Assembly (NCBI GenBank): GCA_965645245.1
Contig: OZ287079.1
Span: 868,001-932,000, forward strand
Origin: Massalongia carnosa
Lineage: Eukaryota
Direction of reading: 5' to 3'
DNA length: 64,000 nt
Position numbers and translations under genes: made by a program. This document shows positions 38,001 to 50,830 of the stretch, piece after piece (position 1 is the stretch's first letter; every line of letters begins with the position of its first letter). Below the pieces are notes generated by a model. That model saw nothing but the letters and a program-made list of their open reading frames with translations. It did not search any database and was not told where the DNA came from.

Positions 38001-39826
38001 CCCATGGTATTGCTAATAGTCTTGCTCCTCGGTTTCCTCGGTTTGTCATGTGGCAAGCTGAAAAGGGAAGCAAGAAATATGTTGAATGCTGCCACGCGTA
38101 CTGACTAGTAGTCATGGCTTTCTCGGAAGCTTTCCATCTTGAGAAGTGATTCGGGACCCAATGCTTCGAGAACTCTAATGTCTGGTAGTGCTTCCACGTT
38201 TATGAGTTGATTCAATGACCGGTGTATGATGCTACTAAAGCAGACGATGCTCGCTGTCTGTACTCAAGTATATTACACTTGAAACGTATACTATTCATCA
38301 GATCTACTCGACAGCACCGCCTCGGTCACAAAGTCGGTTGTACGCCTTGAATATATTGGTTCCCTTCCCGCATCATGTTGGAAGTGGGTATCGACTACAA
38401 TAATCTCAGCGTTTAGGATCCGTCACAGGTCGACAAACTCCCAAGGCTTCTGGCATCTAAGCAGCTGTAGTCTTTCCCTACCTAGTGTGCCATGTGCCAG
38501 CCAAGGAGTTAATATGTGGCAAGGACATGGGAGAGGACCCCTACAGCTATCTAAAGTTCCAATAAGCGCATATCCTTCAATCCCGTACGGTGCGCGTAAA
38601 CCAGCCGCGCCATTCGTGGTAAACTTCTATTCTCCGAATACATCAAACCGATATACAGTCAGGGTACGCTTCAAGGCAAATTCCCCACCCGTTTCAGTTA
38701 TAACAAACTATGATTAAGATTTCTGATCGATAGAGGTGCTCATCAAGGGATTGCTAGATTGAATCTCCAACGTGCGTCTCAAAGGCTTTTACTACCGCCT
38801 TCGCCCCCTTGCATCCTTCCAAGCCTCCTCCTTTGACGGTGATCAGAGTGACCCCTTAGGAGACCAGCCATCCGCGAACCAGCATTCAGCTTCATCATTT
38901 TCATCACCCGAAGTGCGCTGTGTGCGGACCAGAATCTTCCTCGGACGAATAGTTCATCGCTGAGGGCTTTGTGCTATACGGCAAGCTAATCACCGTCTCC
39001 TGCACCTAGGCGAGCATCACTAACGATTCAGATTTTCCGGCATCTTCTTCATTGTTGCCGTTTGAAGGCATACCCTTTCCCGAGACCTCGACTCAATTGG
39101 GAACAAAGTCCCCTTATGGAAAAATCTTGTGTGCAACATTAGCACGAATTCTTGATCTCTGGTGATGAACCATGAAAAACCGATGAAATACCCTTACCAG
39201 TGCCAGCTTTCCTGCAAATCCAGAAATTGATGGGCTGAGTAGAACGACGAAGAGATTGATCGATCAACTCGGATGCAACACTTGCTCTCCTTCTTTGGTT
39301 TAAAACGAACAGCCCCTTGCTGCAAGATTCGCTAGTCTATGATCCTTCACTACCTTGTCAGCACCACAAGTTTTAGGTCTCTGCTCATCTTGTAACTTAA
39401 CATATTTCATTACAAGATAGTCGATCTGGCTCTCCTCAAGCATTCAGAACTATTTGTGAGTAAATTCGTTTCAAGGCATTGGTTTCATGTTCACACAATG
39501 CGGGCTTCAAGGAATACAAAATGACTAGGCAGCGTCTCTGATAGATGCTTTCTTCGGGATTAAAATTGATCTTAGGCATTTATAACCAGTCCGATTGCTG
39601 CCTGCGATGACAAGTTGTCGATGATGAACGTTAAAGGCCCTGTTTTTTTTTTTTTACGAAGTAGAGTATCCAAGATTTCCTACTAACATGAGGGTCATAG
39701 CAAATTCAGTCTCCCATCATATTAGACGATACATACGATCTGGCAGAAACTGTGACTTTTGCTTTGGGTGGCGAATATTGCGAAGGCCTGCTGGCCACGG
39801 CCGACTTTAGGTCGGCTTTGCTGTCT

Positions 39827-42176
39827 ATGTCAGGCTACGAGAAACCTACAATCCCCAATCTCAATGGTATGTTGAGCTACTGTATAAAAAATTATGGCTT
39901 TATTTCTGGGGTAGCTGCCTGGCCTTACCAGGGCTGGTCCCACACATCCACAGTAGCTATTAGGCTAACACCAGCCTCATAGAGTATAACAGTAATCGGC
40001 CAGCGGCAAGCGGTGTTCAGCCTAACTACGCTGCTAGTCCATCCATACGCAATCCCATGTATCTTACATACCCAGAGGAAGGGTTTGGCGATCAGCATGT
40101 GCAACCATCGGCGTCGAGCTACGGCCGACGCGTAGATCAGATGGTCTTTCCGGCTAGCTCATACTATCAGCAGACTACAAGCTACGAGGCCTCACAACCG
40201 CAATTCACGGACCGTGAATCCCCAAAGGCTCCAGTGATTACATCTTACACTCCCCACCGCGGTCCGGAAGGATCTGAAGTCGTTGTCTACATAGAATCGG
40301 TATACGACCTTTTCATACAACCATCGACAATCTTCAGCTTGATGTTTGCTACAAGACGCTGTCAGTCGCTTTTGACGCAGCTCGAGCCTCAAGGCTCGTC
40401 GTATCAGTACGTCCTCACTGCGGACGCTCCACCATTTTCGTCTACGGGCTGGAATACAACGCAAGTTCCGCTTCGAGTTCAGTTTCAGGACGAATCTGGA
40501 CAAGATACGGGGTCTCTCGATGTCGGGCCCTTCTATTACACGGACGGCGTGGATCATCGATCTCGGGCTTCACCAGACGATTTTTCACGCAAACGGAAAG
40601 TCTCCGTCCACTCTTCTGAGCTTATAAGAGTCCCTGCAAAGCGAACATCTAATCAGCAGCTCTATTCTGGCAGTGCCGAGTCTTTCGCAACAGCACCATA
40701 TTCACTAAGTGGCGCCCAGCTATATTCGAAGCATTCTCAACCAAATCCGTTAGGTCCTATTGAGGATGATGTTGTATCTTATGGCAACAGAGCACCAAGT
40801 CAGCTGCGTTTTCATGCGAGTGATGCATCACAACAAAGCTTACAGACTCTTCCTATTACGCCCGTAAACATTCATCCTCTACCAAAGGTGCCCTCGTCAC
40901 AGCCTTCCTCATGGGGATCTTCATATGCGCCTCGCGGATATTCGGGAAGGAGCCCCGGCCTTGCAGCGGCCCCGACTTCAAGAATCTCATCCATGTCCTC
41001 CCCGTCACTGTCCGCAAATCCGCCTCTCATCCGGACATCGACGTTACAGCAGGCTCCCAGTCCTGCAGGGAGCCAAATCGCTCCCAGTTCTACTAGCCCA
41101 TTCAATCCTTATGCCATGTATCCTCACAAAGCAGTCCTCAAGATCAATGGAGATTTGGATTCCATGGTCGACCATTGGACTCCTGATGAATGGTCATTAA
41201 AGCGGCGAATCGTTCAGTTCCAGAGATCTCAGAGCGGCACTACTATTAACGCTGACTTTGAGCCCGTCCTACCAGATGACCGCCCTCCTAACAGCATCTG
41301 TATCAGCTGTATTCTATGGGAAGAACGGCAGGAGTGCTTCGTGACCAGCGTAGACACCATCTATCTGTTAGAATCTCTTGTGGGGGTACGCTTCACGGTA
41401 GAGGAGAAAAATCGGATCCGCCGCAATCTAGAGGGTTTCCGACCGATGACGGTGTCGAAAGCCAAAGCGGATAGTGAGAATTTCTTCAAGATCATCATGG
41501 GATTCCCGAACCCCAAACCACGCAACATCGAAAAAGACGTCAAGGTGTTTCCCTGGAAGATTCTGGCCCATGCGCTTAAAAAAATCATCGGGAAATATGT
41601 AAGCCGGCCGTCCAGCACGGGCATTCCCTGACATGAAGCTCACTAAATTACCAATAGTCTGCCAGTTATTCTTCGACCGCGAGTGCGCTTCCCACACCGC
41701 GAAACATGAGCTATGGTTTCGGAGATCAGTCCGAGGCATCCACCGAACAATCCATTACCTCACCACGTTCATCCTCCGCCTCCACTATTTCCAGTGCCTA
41801 CGCCACCAGCCTAGCCTCTTCGACCACCATGTCACCCCGCCTCTCACATGACCAATCATCCACCCCAGCACAATATCCCGATGCGCCGTGTCTCCCCATC
41901 TCGATCCCTAGACGTTTGCATGAGTATGCCAACATTCCGCCAGCGCCGCCGCCCACCCAATACCCCCAGTACGCGTCACAAGAGCAGATGAATAACTCAT
42001 CACTCGGCCAGTTGGCTATCACCAGTCCACCTGGTCGACGGTCGCTGGAGTTCACTTCGTACGTTGCGACGAGCCCCAGCATGCAGTTGGCCAATCGTTC
42101 GGCCGAGCCCAATCTTCCCCCCACATCTCGGCGAGAGAGTCAGACCTCTCCCAAGACCAAACATGGAATCAGATGA
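39827..42176 (+). CDS. medA: Medusa/Acon-3 developmental regulator; exons 39827-39866, 39983-41598, 41658-42176 (possible longer 5' isoform)
   Basis: Conserved MedA core KAVLKINGDL...CISCILW...FVTSVDTIYLLESL...FTVEEKNRIRRNLEGFRPMTVSK...IMGFPNPKPRNIEKDVKVFPWKIL...IIGKY|SASYSSTAS. Both introns are GT-AG and frame-compatible. Confidence 0.9.
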
Positions 42177-45100
42177 TTCATCGCAATGACTCAATCCGAC
42201 GACGTTGCATTTTCGATATTACAACCTTATGACCCGGAGAAGAGGTGTGGTGTGGATGCCCACCAAAAAACTCGATACCTATGCCCTTTTAGTTTGACCG
42301 GATCAGATGATAGCTACTAGTCAGGCGCTCAAATCTCAATCGCGCGCTAAACCTCTTCCGAGCTAGCCAAGCCACCACTGGACCCCTTCTTTCGCGTCTT
42401 CTGCTTCTTCAGCCTCGAACACGAAGATGAGAACGGAACCGACCGCGATCCTTCCCCCCCCCGATTCCATCGTGCGTGCTGCAATGTTGTGCATTTCCCT
42501 TCCGAATCCAGAACAAATCGTAAGGCGAGCTGGCTAGGACGCAAGAGATGTTTTGTGTCTTGCATGTCGGCTCCATCGGCACTTTTGTGCTGAACTAGCT
42601 TTGGACCCTTGCATGAATGCATACGTTTTGTTGTTGTGCAGGCGAGTTTGATTGGACGGTGAGATTTCGTGCACCGAGATCTATCATCTTGGACCCCTGC
42701 ACGCTCATTACTATACTTGCCCATTCTGTTTTTCACACACGAGCTCCAATCTCCATTTTTTTGTTTTCTACTTGTGCATTTTCTTCGTCCATGGATTTTG
42801 TCATCCCTTTGCTGCATCACATCTCCCTATTATCCATTTGCAGAACACAACATGCCGGGCATTTAGCGGGTGGATTTTTAATTATTTTTCTCTAACCTTT
42901 TTTTATTCCAAGCGATGGATGGATTTCGGTATGGGGAAAGGGGGCGCAGGTCCGGTTGGGTCGGGTCAGTTCTTTAGCGAATGAAAGACTAGCCATTGCT
43001 TAGGAGTTAAGGGACCTCTGTAGCTGGAGCTGCTGGTGGTGGTGGCGGTGGTGGTGGCGACGGGTCAGCATTGGTGGTTTTTGCTCGATCGGTGCATTAA
43101 CTATAAAGAGCGGGCGGTTTGGGAAATTCTTAATTAGACCCTTGCATCATTTTATCGCTCAGCGAAGAGGGCAGAAAGTGGCGCTGCAAAGCCAAGCGAA
43201 GCGTTATTGTTTTTTTTCGTTCGTTTTATCTGATCCGATAACCTATTATTGTTTTTTACTTTTCGATTTTTCCGCTTTCGGATTCCGAAATTGATATTTG
43301 ATATTCCTGGCATTTTTATTGAATTTTATATTTTTTTGTTTTTTTGTTTTACTTTTTAAATCCCTAGGCCTCACCGCCACCCATAAATACCTAATAATTT
43401 TGCTCAATCGAGAAAAAGCCCAGGCGCGAAAAAACATAATTGTATCCCCGTCTAACTTACATAAACGAGCTCAAAATCCCCGATAAGTTTTCCCTGCTAG
43501 CTTCTAGGCATCTATTTACCTACTCTGTACTTACCATGTTTGTTTCCTTCCTTCCTTCTGCTCGGCCTTCTTTCCGTACGATCATCTAGTCGGTCTCAGT
43601 TTCCGACAAGAACAACCCGTAGGGAAGAACTTCGTTTTTCAATAAGAAGCACGTAAGCACGACGCTCCACGCTCCATCTACCCCCTTCAGAGTTATTTTT
43701 CGATTTTCTAGTTTAGCAATTTGCGTTGTTTTTTGGGGGGCGAGGAAGGAGGTGAAAGCCAGCCAGCGAAAAAGACAAAGGAGGTTTTGGCTGGGGGAGG
43801 TGAGTGTTGGAAACAGGGATCGGAACTTGGGAGTTTGATGCGATGGGGTGCTGGGGAGGGAAGGATGGTGGAGGCTTCGAGGGTTAAGGGCGGAGGTTGA
43901 TGAGCCAGGTATGAACGACTACCTATGTCAAAGAACCGAGTTATCCATCACGGAACGACATGGCACAGACCGAACAATCGATCGATTTCTCGAACCTTTT
44001 TTTTCTGATTGAGGTGCCAGGAGGAGAAGTCCCTTCCCTCCGTAACCGATCTTCAGTTAGCACATTTGTTTCCTCAAAACCGAGTTACATGGATAGAAGT
44101 GGTCGTTGTGTGTGAGAAGCAATGGCTTAGGGGGGCTTCGGGATGGAGATTTTTGATATGCTTCTACTGGGGGAAATATCCTGGAGATCAATCGATTTGG
44201 CAGTGTGGGCATTTTTTTATGGATTTGGTTTTCTTCTAAGAGACATAGAGTAAACTAGAAAATAAATTATCAAGAGGCGCGAGGTCTGTCAATAGCGGCG
44301 AAATAGGATGTTTCCGTTAGTGAAGGTACTAAGAGACATCATGCGCTATATGTTCAAAAGGGGTATTCAAAGACGTTTATTCCGTCTAATATTGGTAATT
44401 TCACGCTCCATCGTTCAAGGCACGATTGTTAGCCAGGGCTTTGCCACAAATGAAGGAGATGCTAAGATTAATCTTTTTTGGTGGGAGGTACTTCCGTAGG
44501 GGATGTTTCGAGCACTTGTGGAGGGTTAGTAGAACGGTCATGGAGCATATTCAGCTATTGAGCAACGAAGCAGGCATTTTTTCGCCAGAAAAACTATGGG
44601 AGATAACTGATTCAGTCAAATACGAAAACGAAAAAGGAGATTGTATGACCATTATGTCTGGTTTTTCCGACCGAGTCGCTGATGGACCGGGTCGAAACAG
44701 GTAGAGAATCGCTCATAACGCTCTTGACCTTGTATGCCTTACAGGTTTGCGGAGCTCGGGTTTTGGGGGGATTCGAAATGATAAGCTAATTGATGGGTTA
44801 TGACCCTGTATGTTCTTGTCCGCCCGGTTTTAGGAATGATGATTATGGGTCTCGAGTTTGAAGGTTCAGAACGGCAATGATCAAAAGCGGTAATCAAGAA
44901 CACAAAATTGGCTCGTTAGATTGGTTCTATAATCATGGTATGTGAGGTTGCTGATGGATCGATGCCAAGTGTTGAAAGATCGTTTGAGCGGTCAGATTAT
45001 CAGGCCGTTATGGGGCGCTGACGAATTGTAACGGCAGTATTAATGGAAGCTATGTATGTGAAAAGGCTGCTGACGTGTTGTTTGGGGCTTATTTGGTAAT

Positions 45101-45912
45101 GCTATAAAGATTCAGCTTTAACGGCAATAAAATGGCAATAATTCTAGGCTGAACCGAAGAAACCCAAGGCTACATCCTAATCTCAACATTTCCTTTGCCG
45201 TAAGACGAGAGATTTTATTTATATCTTATATTGCATTTAATGGCTCTCCAATCAAATGGAACCCCTTGCAGGAGCAGCAGACAACAAAAGGCAGAATCAG
45301 CAGCTTTGGATGATGAAGCCATTGCAATATGCACGGTACTTCGTCATCAAAAGCACGAGGTTCTTGTGCCAGGGTTAGAGCGCGTATGTCAGCCGTAGAA
45401 AGGGTAAGAATCAATACTCTGTGCACTAAACATTTTTCTCGATAGTCTCCCACTAAATCTTCGCTATTGAGCCTCCATTAGGATGATCCTGTCATGTTAC
45501 ATGCATATGCGTAATGAGCGTTAATGTCGCGCTAAATGCATTCAAAATTGGAGGTAGTCTAGTGGGGAAAGGATAGACGAGGAATATGGAATATTCTCAT
45601 AGAAAATGGGGGCTTTTGAGTTCTAACAGATAGGAACTCGCATGCGGAGGTTTTGATGAGATTTTAGGATACAAAATAAATAAGAAATATCAAGGAAGAG
45701 GGAATGGTTTGAGATGGGTGTGTTTCCGCAACTTTTATTATTAGAAGATCCGATGCGTTTATCCTGAAGCATTCCTACCAAAACTTATACTGTAGCGTCT
45801 CTACAAATCAGCCAATTGACCTATACCTACTCTCCAACCCTCAACCCCTGGCCATTGAAGCTATAATTGGTCTCAGCGCCTAGCCTAGCCATCCCTCCGT
45901 TACCAAAATATC

Positions 45913-47919
45913 ATGCAAGCTGTTGAGGAAGACCCATTAGAAGAAGAATCAGATACAGAGGTCATCCCAAGGCGTGAGCGCATGGAGCTTGCTCTGATCT
46001 CCTTTGCCAAAGCTATCAAGCGGTGAGATGAATATGAACTCCAGCCTGAAATAAAGCCTAAGCAAGAGAAGCCTTCATTCCGCCAATATGCCAACAAATA
46101 CAATGTTTGCCATACAACAATATATCGACGATACAAAGGAGAAACATTACCTCATCACAAAGCTCATCAGGCCCAACAACGTCTCACTTTCATTGAGGAG
46201 GAATGCTTAGTAAACTGGATCGAATTATTAGCCAAATGGGGCTTCCCTCCAATGATTTATCGAATCAAGTTACAAGCAGAAGAGATTCTCAAAAATAGAA
46301 GAGATTCTCAAAATAGAGGAAATCATACCCCATTGGGATGTCACTGGGTGGAGAAGTTCTTGAATCGACATCATTCGTTAAAATCTCGCCTTTGCACTCC
46401 GTTAGATAAAGAGCGCATCAATGCAGTCAATTACGAAACAATCAATCATTGGTTTAAGCTCTTTTTGGACACAATGAAGCAATACAACATTGAAAAGAGA
46501 GACATATACAATATGAACGAAAAGGGCTTTGCAATAGGCCAAGCAGGCAAGCAGAAAGTAGTGATTTCAAAGGCAAACCTCAATGCATACATGTGTCAGA
46601 ATGAGAGCCAGGAATAGGTGTCTCTTCTTGAATGTATCTCTGCAGATGAAGCACTTCTTCCTGCTTTCGTCATCTTTAAAGCAAAGACTCAAAGGAAGGC
46701 CTGAATGAATGAATTGAAGCGAGGTAATAACATCGCTATCAGTGACAAGGACTGGACCAATAATACACTCGCTTTCGAATGATTTAAACGTGTATTTGAT
46801 CCATTTTCGAAGAAGGGACAACAAGGCGAATATCGCTTGCTTATCCTCGACGAGCATGCTTCTCATATTACGTCGGAAGTTATCCAATTCTGTATCAATG
46901 AGAAGATTATTCTTGCTTGCCTTCCAGCTCACACGACTCACGTCCTCCAGCCGTTAGATCTGGGTTTCTTTCAGCCACTGGGGAGTCTCTATCGAACCAA
47001 GCTACTGCGTCTGATAAAGTGGGATAGCAGTGCTGACGTGGATAAGGTCGATTTCATTGATTTATTTCAATGAGCTCGGAGTGAGACAGCCAAACTCACT
47101 ACTATTCTCAGTGCTTGGCAGAAAGCACTTCTATTTCCTCTGGATCCAGAGAGTCTTTTGAAGACATTGCCACAGCCGAAAGATTTGATAAACACTGTTA
47201 CTCTAAGGCCGTATACGCTACCAGAAGTATTCTTCCGATCGTCGGATGGCGTCACTATATCCGCTCCTATCAAGACTCCAAGAAATGCAGCTGAATTCGA
47301 TGAAATCGTCCACAAAGCTATTGATGAGAAGGCTACTCAGCAAAAGATTATGAAGCTAGGCAAGGCTGCATCAAAAGAGTACGTCGAGAAGGTGTTACTA
47401 GAGACTACAAATACTGAATTGTTGGAGAATCAACAGTGTTAAAAGGAGAAGGCCAAACGTTCAAATCAACAGCTCGGTAAAGGACGTATAATGAATCATG
47501 ACGTCCTCGAAGAACGGGAGATGAAGAAGCACACAGAGCAGCAGAAGAAGCGTGCAGATAAACAAGAGAAGGGGTTCTGAAAGGCCTGGAAATCTGTGTG
47601 GAGCCTCATTGCAGAGCCCAAACCTCAAAGTCTGAAAAACAAGACAAATAAGAAGGCACAGGCTATCCAGCCAATTTCCATCGATTTAGGCCCTTCAACA
47701 CTTGCTCCGCCAGAGCCTTGCTTAGAGAATGAGGATCCGGAGTTCGCTATACAGACTGAGGTACAGGATGTTAGGGATAAAGGGATGAGAAGTAAAAGAG
47801 GCAGGAAGTCAGTCAAGGCCCGAAGTGAGGGAATACATAAAATCACGGACGCTGTGACGGTATTGCCTGTATGTACGGCTTCTGGGAGGATAGTGAGACC
47901 TCCTAGAAAGCGCGATTGA
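45913..47919 (+). mobile_element. Fot1/pogo-family (Tc1/mariner) DDE transposase, inactivated
   Basis: HTH region (SFRQYANKYNVCHTTIYRRY), CENP-B-like HTH (LTFIEEECLVNWI...GFPP...WVEKFLNRH) and DDE region YNM(N)EKGF, LLILD(E)HASH, HTTHVLQPLDLGFF. One frame over 669 codons with 7 internal stops (46024, 46615, 46702, 46780, 47071, 47440, 47578). TIRs not identified. Confidence 0.92.
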
Positions 47920-50808
47920 CTGCTTTATATACTACAGCATGTATAATATAGCACTGAGCCGGCCTAGCGGGCGGGGCCTAGGCACCAAAGCTTTCTATAG
48001 CTTCAATTGTTTAAACCATTAATTCGGCCGTTGCTTGCAATTATTAGTGCTCTGAAGATACTGCAGCCAAATTCGATAAGGAAAACTGGCAATGCTAATC
48101 AGAAGATTATCGGTCAAACTTCGGGTAAACCCCTACTAGTGCTGTTGCATATCTACACGTTGCATATCCCAGTCATCTCGAGTAGCTAGGCTGTTGGCGG
48201 CCGCGCTTGTGATGTGGCGCTGTGGCGACTAGTAATGGCTCAAAAGATAGAAGAGATGTATTTGTACGTATGTAATACCTTTTTCAGGCCAAAAGCCACG
48301 ATTGTCAGAACCTCTCCATGATTCGGCAAGCCAAAGGCCTTCTCGGCTCTTGGTAAGGTCAGCAGATAACGCCACCGTCTCCTAGAAAGCTATTTCGGGA
48401 AGGAGAGAACATGGAAATCGAGGAAGGTCTGCCTAGTTCTACATTCATTGACGCCCGGTGCGATACTCCCTTACTATGATTCATGCACATACCAGTCAGG
48501 TCAGTTTATCAAAGGGATTGTACCTCCTTCAATAATTAGTGTCTTCTGCCTGTTTGAGGAGGTGGAGGCAGCGGTTGGCGCCATGCAAATGGATGTACGG
48601 ATTCGTGACACTGGGGAGCAGCCTTCCCATTTGTAGGCCGATGCGTCTACCGTCTCTACATTTTCGTCCATCCGTTTAGTCGTCTTAGGCAAGTGGCAAT
48701 TTTAGAGGCAACGGGGCCCAACATATGATATATTTCTGTCAAGGTTGAACATGATACTCAAGAGCCAACAAGGGTAGCCTAGTATAATGGTATTGATGTG
48801 CAGATACGATCGAAGTAGACGTCATTAGATGAGTGCAGCGAATGATGACGTATTGCATAGAATCATGATCCTTCTGTTCTTTCAGTTTTTAAAAATCCTC
48901 TGAGTTTATCTACTTAAATCTACATTTTCTCTTCCTTTCATCATCGGTCTCTCTCTCTTCCAAGCTACCTTTGAACACGGATCTCCTACGGAATCCGGCA
49001 CCCGAGCTTTTTAATGTTAACGTATCACTTAGGTCATCCAGACTGCCAGGTAAAAACAATTCAAATGAGTACATCGATGTCATCAATACAATCCTTGCCT
49101 TCGGGATCGATATAAAGCGGATGCCCTAGCTATGAAATCTTTTAACGGGACTATCTTCGATATAGCTACTATCAATGCAGATGCATCAACCTCTTTCACA
49201 ATTATCGTTTGGCACAGGGCACGCACGTTTATGAAGATGAAATTGGGCCGTCTCCCGTTGATACACCTTTTGTGGCTGTAGTGGTGTCGTTGAGTCCACA
49301 ATCCACAGAGCCAGAGAGTAAGCTGCTAGTGCGCCTTTCCGAGGACGGCTTATTTGATGTTCCTAAATAGAGGAGCCGTTCTTCAAAGCCCCATGCTACA
49401 TGGTTTAGCTGTAGCGAGATAATTATCCACTTAAAGAACAAGACTCGAAACCAAGTAAGCTACCGAAGCCCATGTTTAAAACTAAAGAGGGTCCGGAGGC
49501 CTCGAGAACCCAACGTATGCCTAGCCTCTTGAGTCCTCACAGTGTCAGAATCTGATGTGTGAGGTCGTTTGCCCGGATAGGGATTATACAAGATGTGTTA
49601 AAACCGGTAGTCGATGCCAGATGCCGAATCCAGCCGACAGAGCAATTTGTATGTACTTCAGCAAGAGGGTTCTGTACCGGTGACAAATTTATATAAATCA
49701 GAAAATAGCATCAGAAGGGCCGACCGACGATATGGAAATGGAGGTTTCTGGAACAACTGGTGGATAAGCATAAAGAGGAGCAGTTTTACCCTACATAGTG
49801 GTAGATAGTCAATCGTTTCTCCTAGTCTATCTTGCATGTGCCAAAACTCGTTTGTCGAACTAGCTATATCAAGCGCCCAGTCCTACCATTCCGCCTGTTA
49901 CAGTCACAGTTCCAACAAGAAGATCTTGCCAAAAACATTCTAATCTGAACAAAGACGGCTCTACAATCGAACGGGCAAGCAACAGCGTGAAGGTAAGAGG
50001 GGGGTCAGAACTGGGATAAGGTTCTTCTATTTGGCTTCAAGACCTCAAAGGTGCTGCAGATTTATCTAGCCAGCTAAGAGAAATAACCAGCCCTTTTGAC
50101 GGCGTTGCTTTCAGTTGTCTTTCCCATCTATGCTCATCCAGTTTCTGCCTTTGACGAGATGATACAAAATCTTGATTCCAAATATGCATCTCGGAAGGCC
50201 TGAAAGATTTTCGCTCTTGGCTTGACCCTATCTACCAATTTCCCACGCAACCTATCAATCCCTTCATCTTAGCAACTTTCGGTTTTTTTTTCCCTATGCA
50301 GCCTATTTTTTCTTTTCCCTTCTAAGATAAATCCTAACTCCTTCCCTTTTTGGGAAGGTCTTTTATATGGGATGTTCGGCTTCTACGGAGTACTTTCAAT
50401 TTCCTCGGAAGTTCTTCCCTCCTCCTTGCTTCCTTGTTTGCTTGCTTAGATATTTATTTATGTCTTTCTCGGTCTTCGTTTCAACTCAGCAAACTCGGAG
50501 TATCCCCTGACTGGCGTCACACATTATCGAGTAATCATCATCGTCTCACACTTCACCTAAGGAAATACTGTATTCTGTTCCTTGTACCTAGCTTCCGAGG
50601 TTCGTTGAAGACACATTAACCAACGGGTTAATTTGAATGAGTACCAAAGCGGTTATACCTCGTCGTTTTCGTTGTCCAAAAAAAGACTCAATGACTTCAA
50701 ATGTTCCCTTTTATACCGTCTTTCTTTCAGACTAAAACCGTCTCCGCACTTCCGTTCTTCCTGGCGCCCCCGTGGGCTCCGAACTTACCCTCTTCCTACC
50801 ATGAAATT

Positions 50809-50830
50809 CCTAACCCTAACCCTAACCCTA
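50809..50830. repeat. Short interstitial telomere-like repeat (CCCTAA)~3.7
   Basis: CCTAACCCTAACCCTAACCCTA is directly visible. Confidence 0.8.

Noticed and set aside
48180..48234. GC-rich ...GTGGCGCTGTGGCGACTAGTA as the right TIR of the Fot1 element
   Set aside because: No matching inverted copy found upstream of 45913, so element boundaries are not called.
50809..50830. CCCTAA run as a telomerase RNA template
   Set aside because: Templates are about 1.5 repeats within conserved structure; none is recognisable here.
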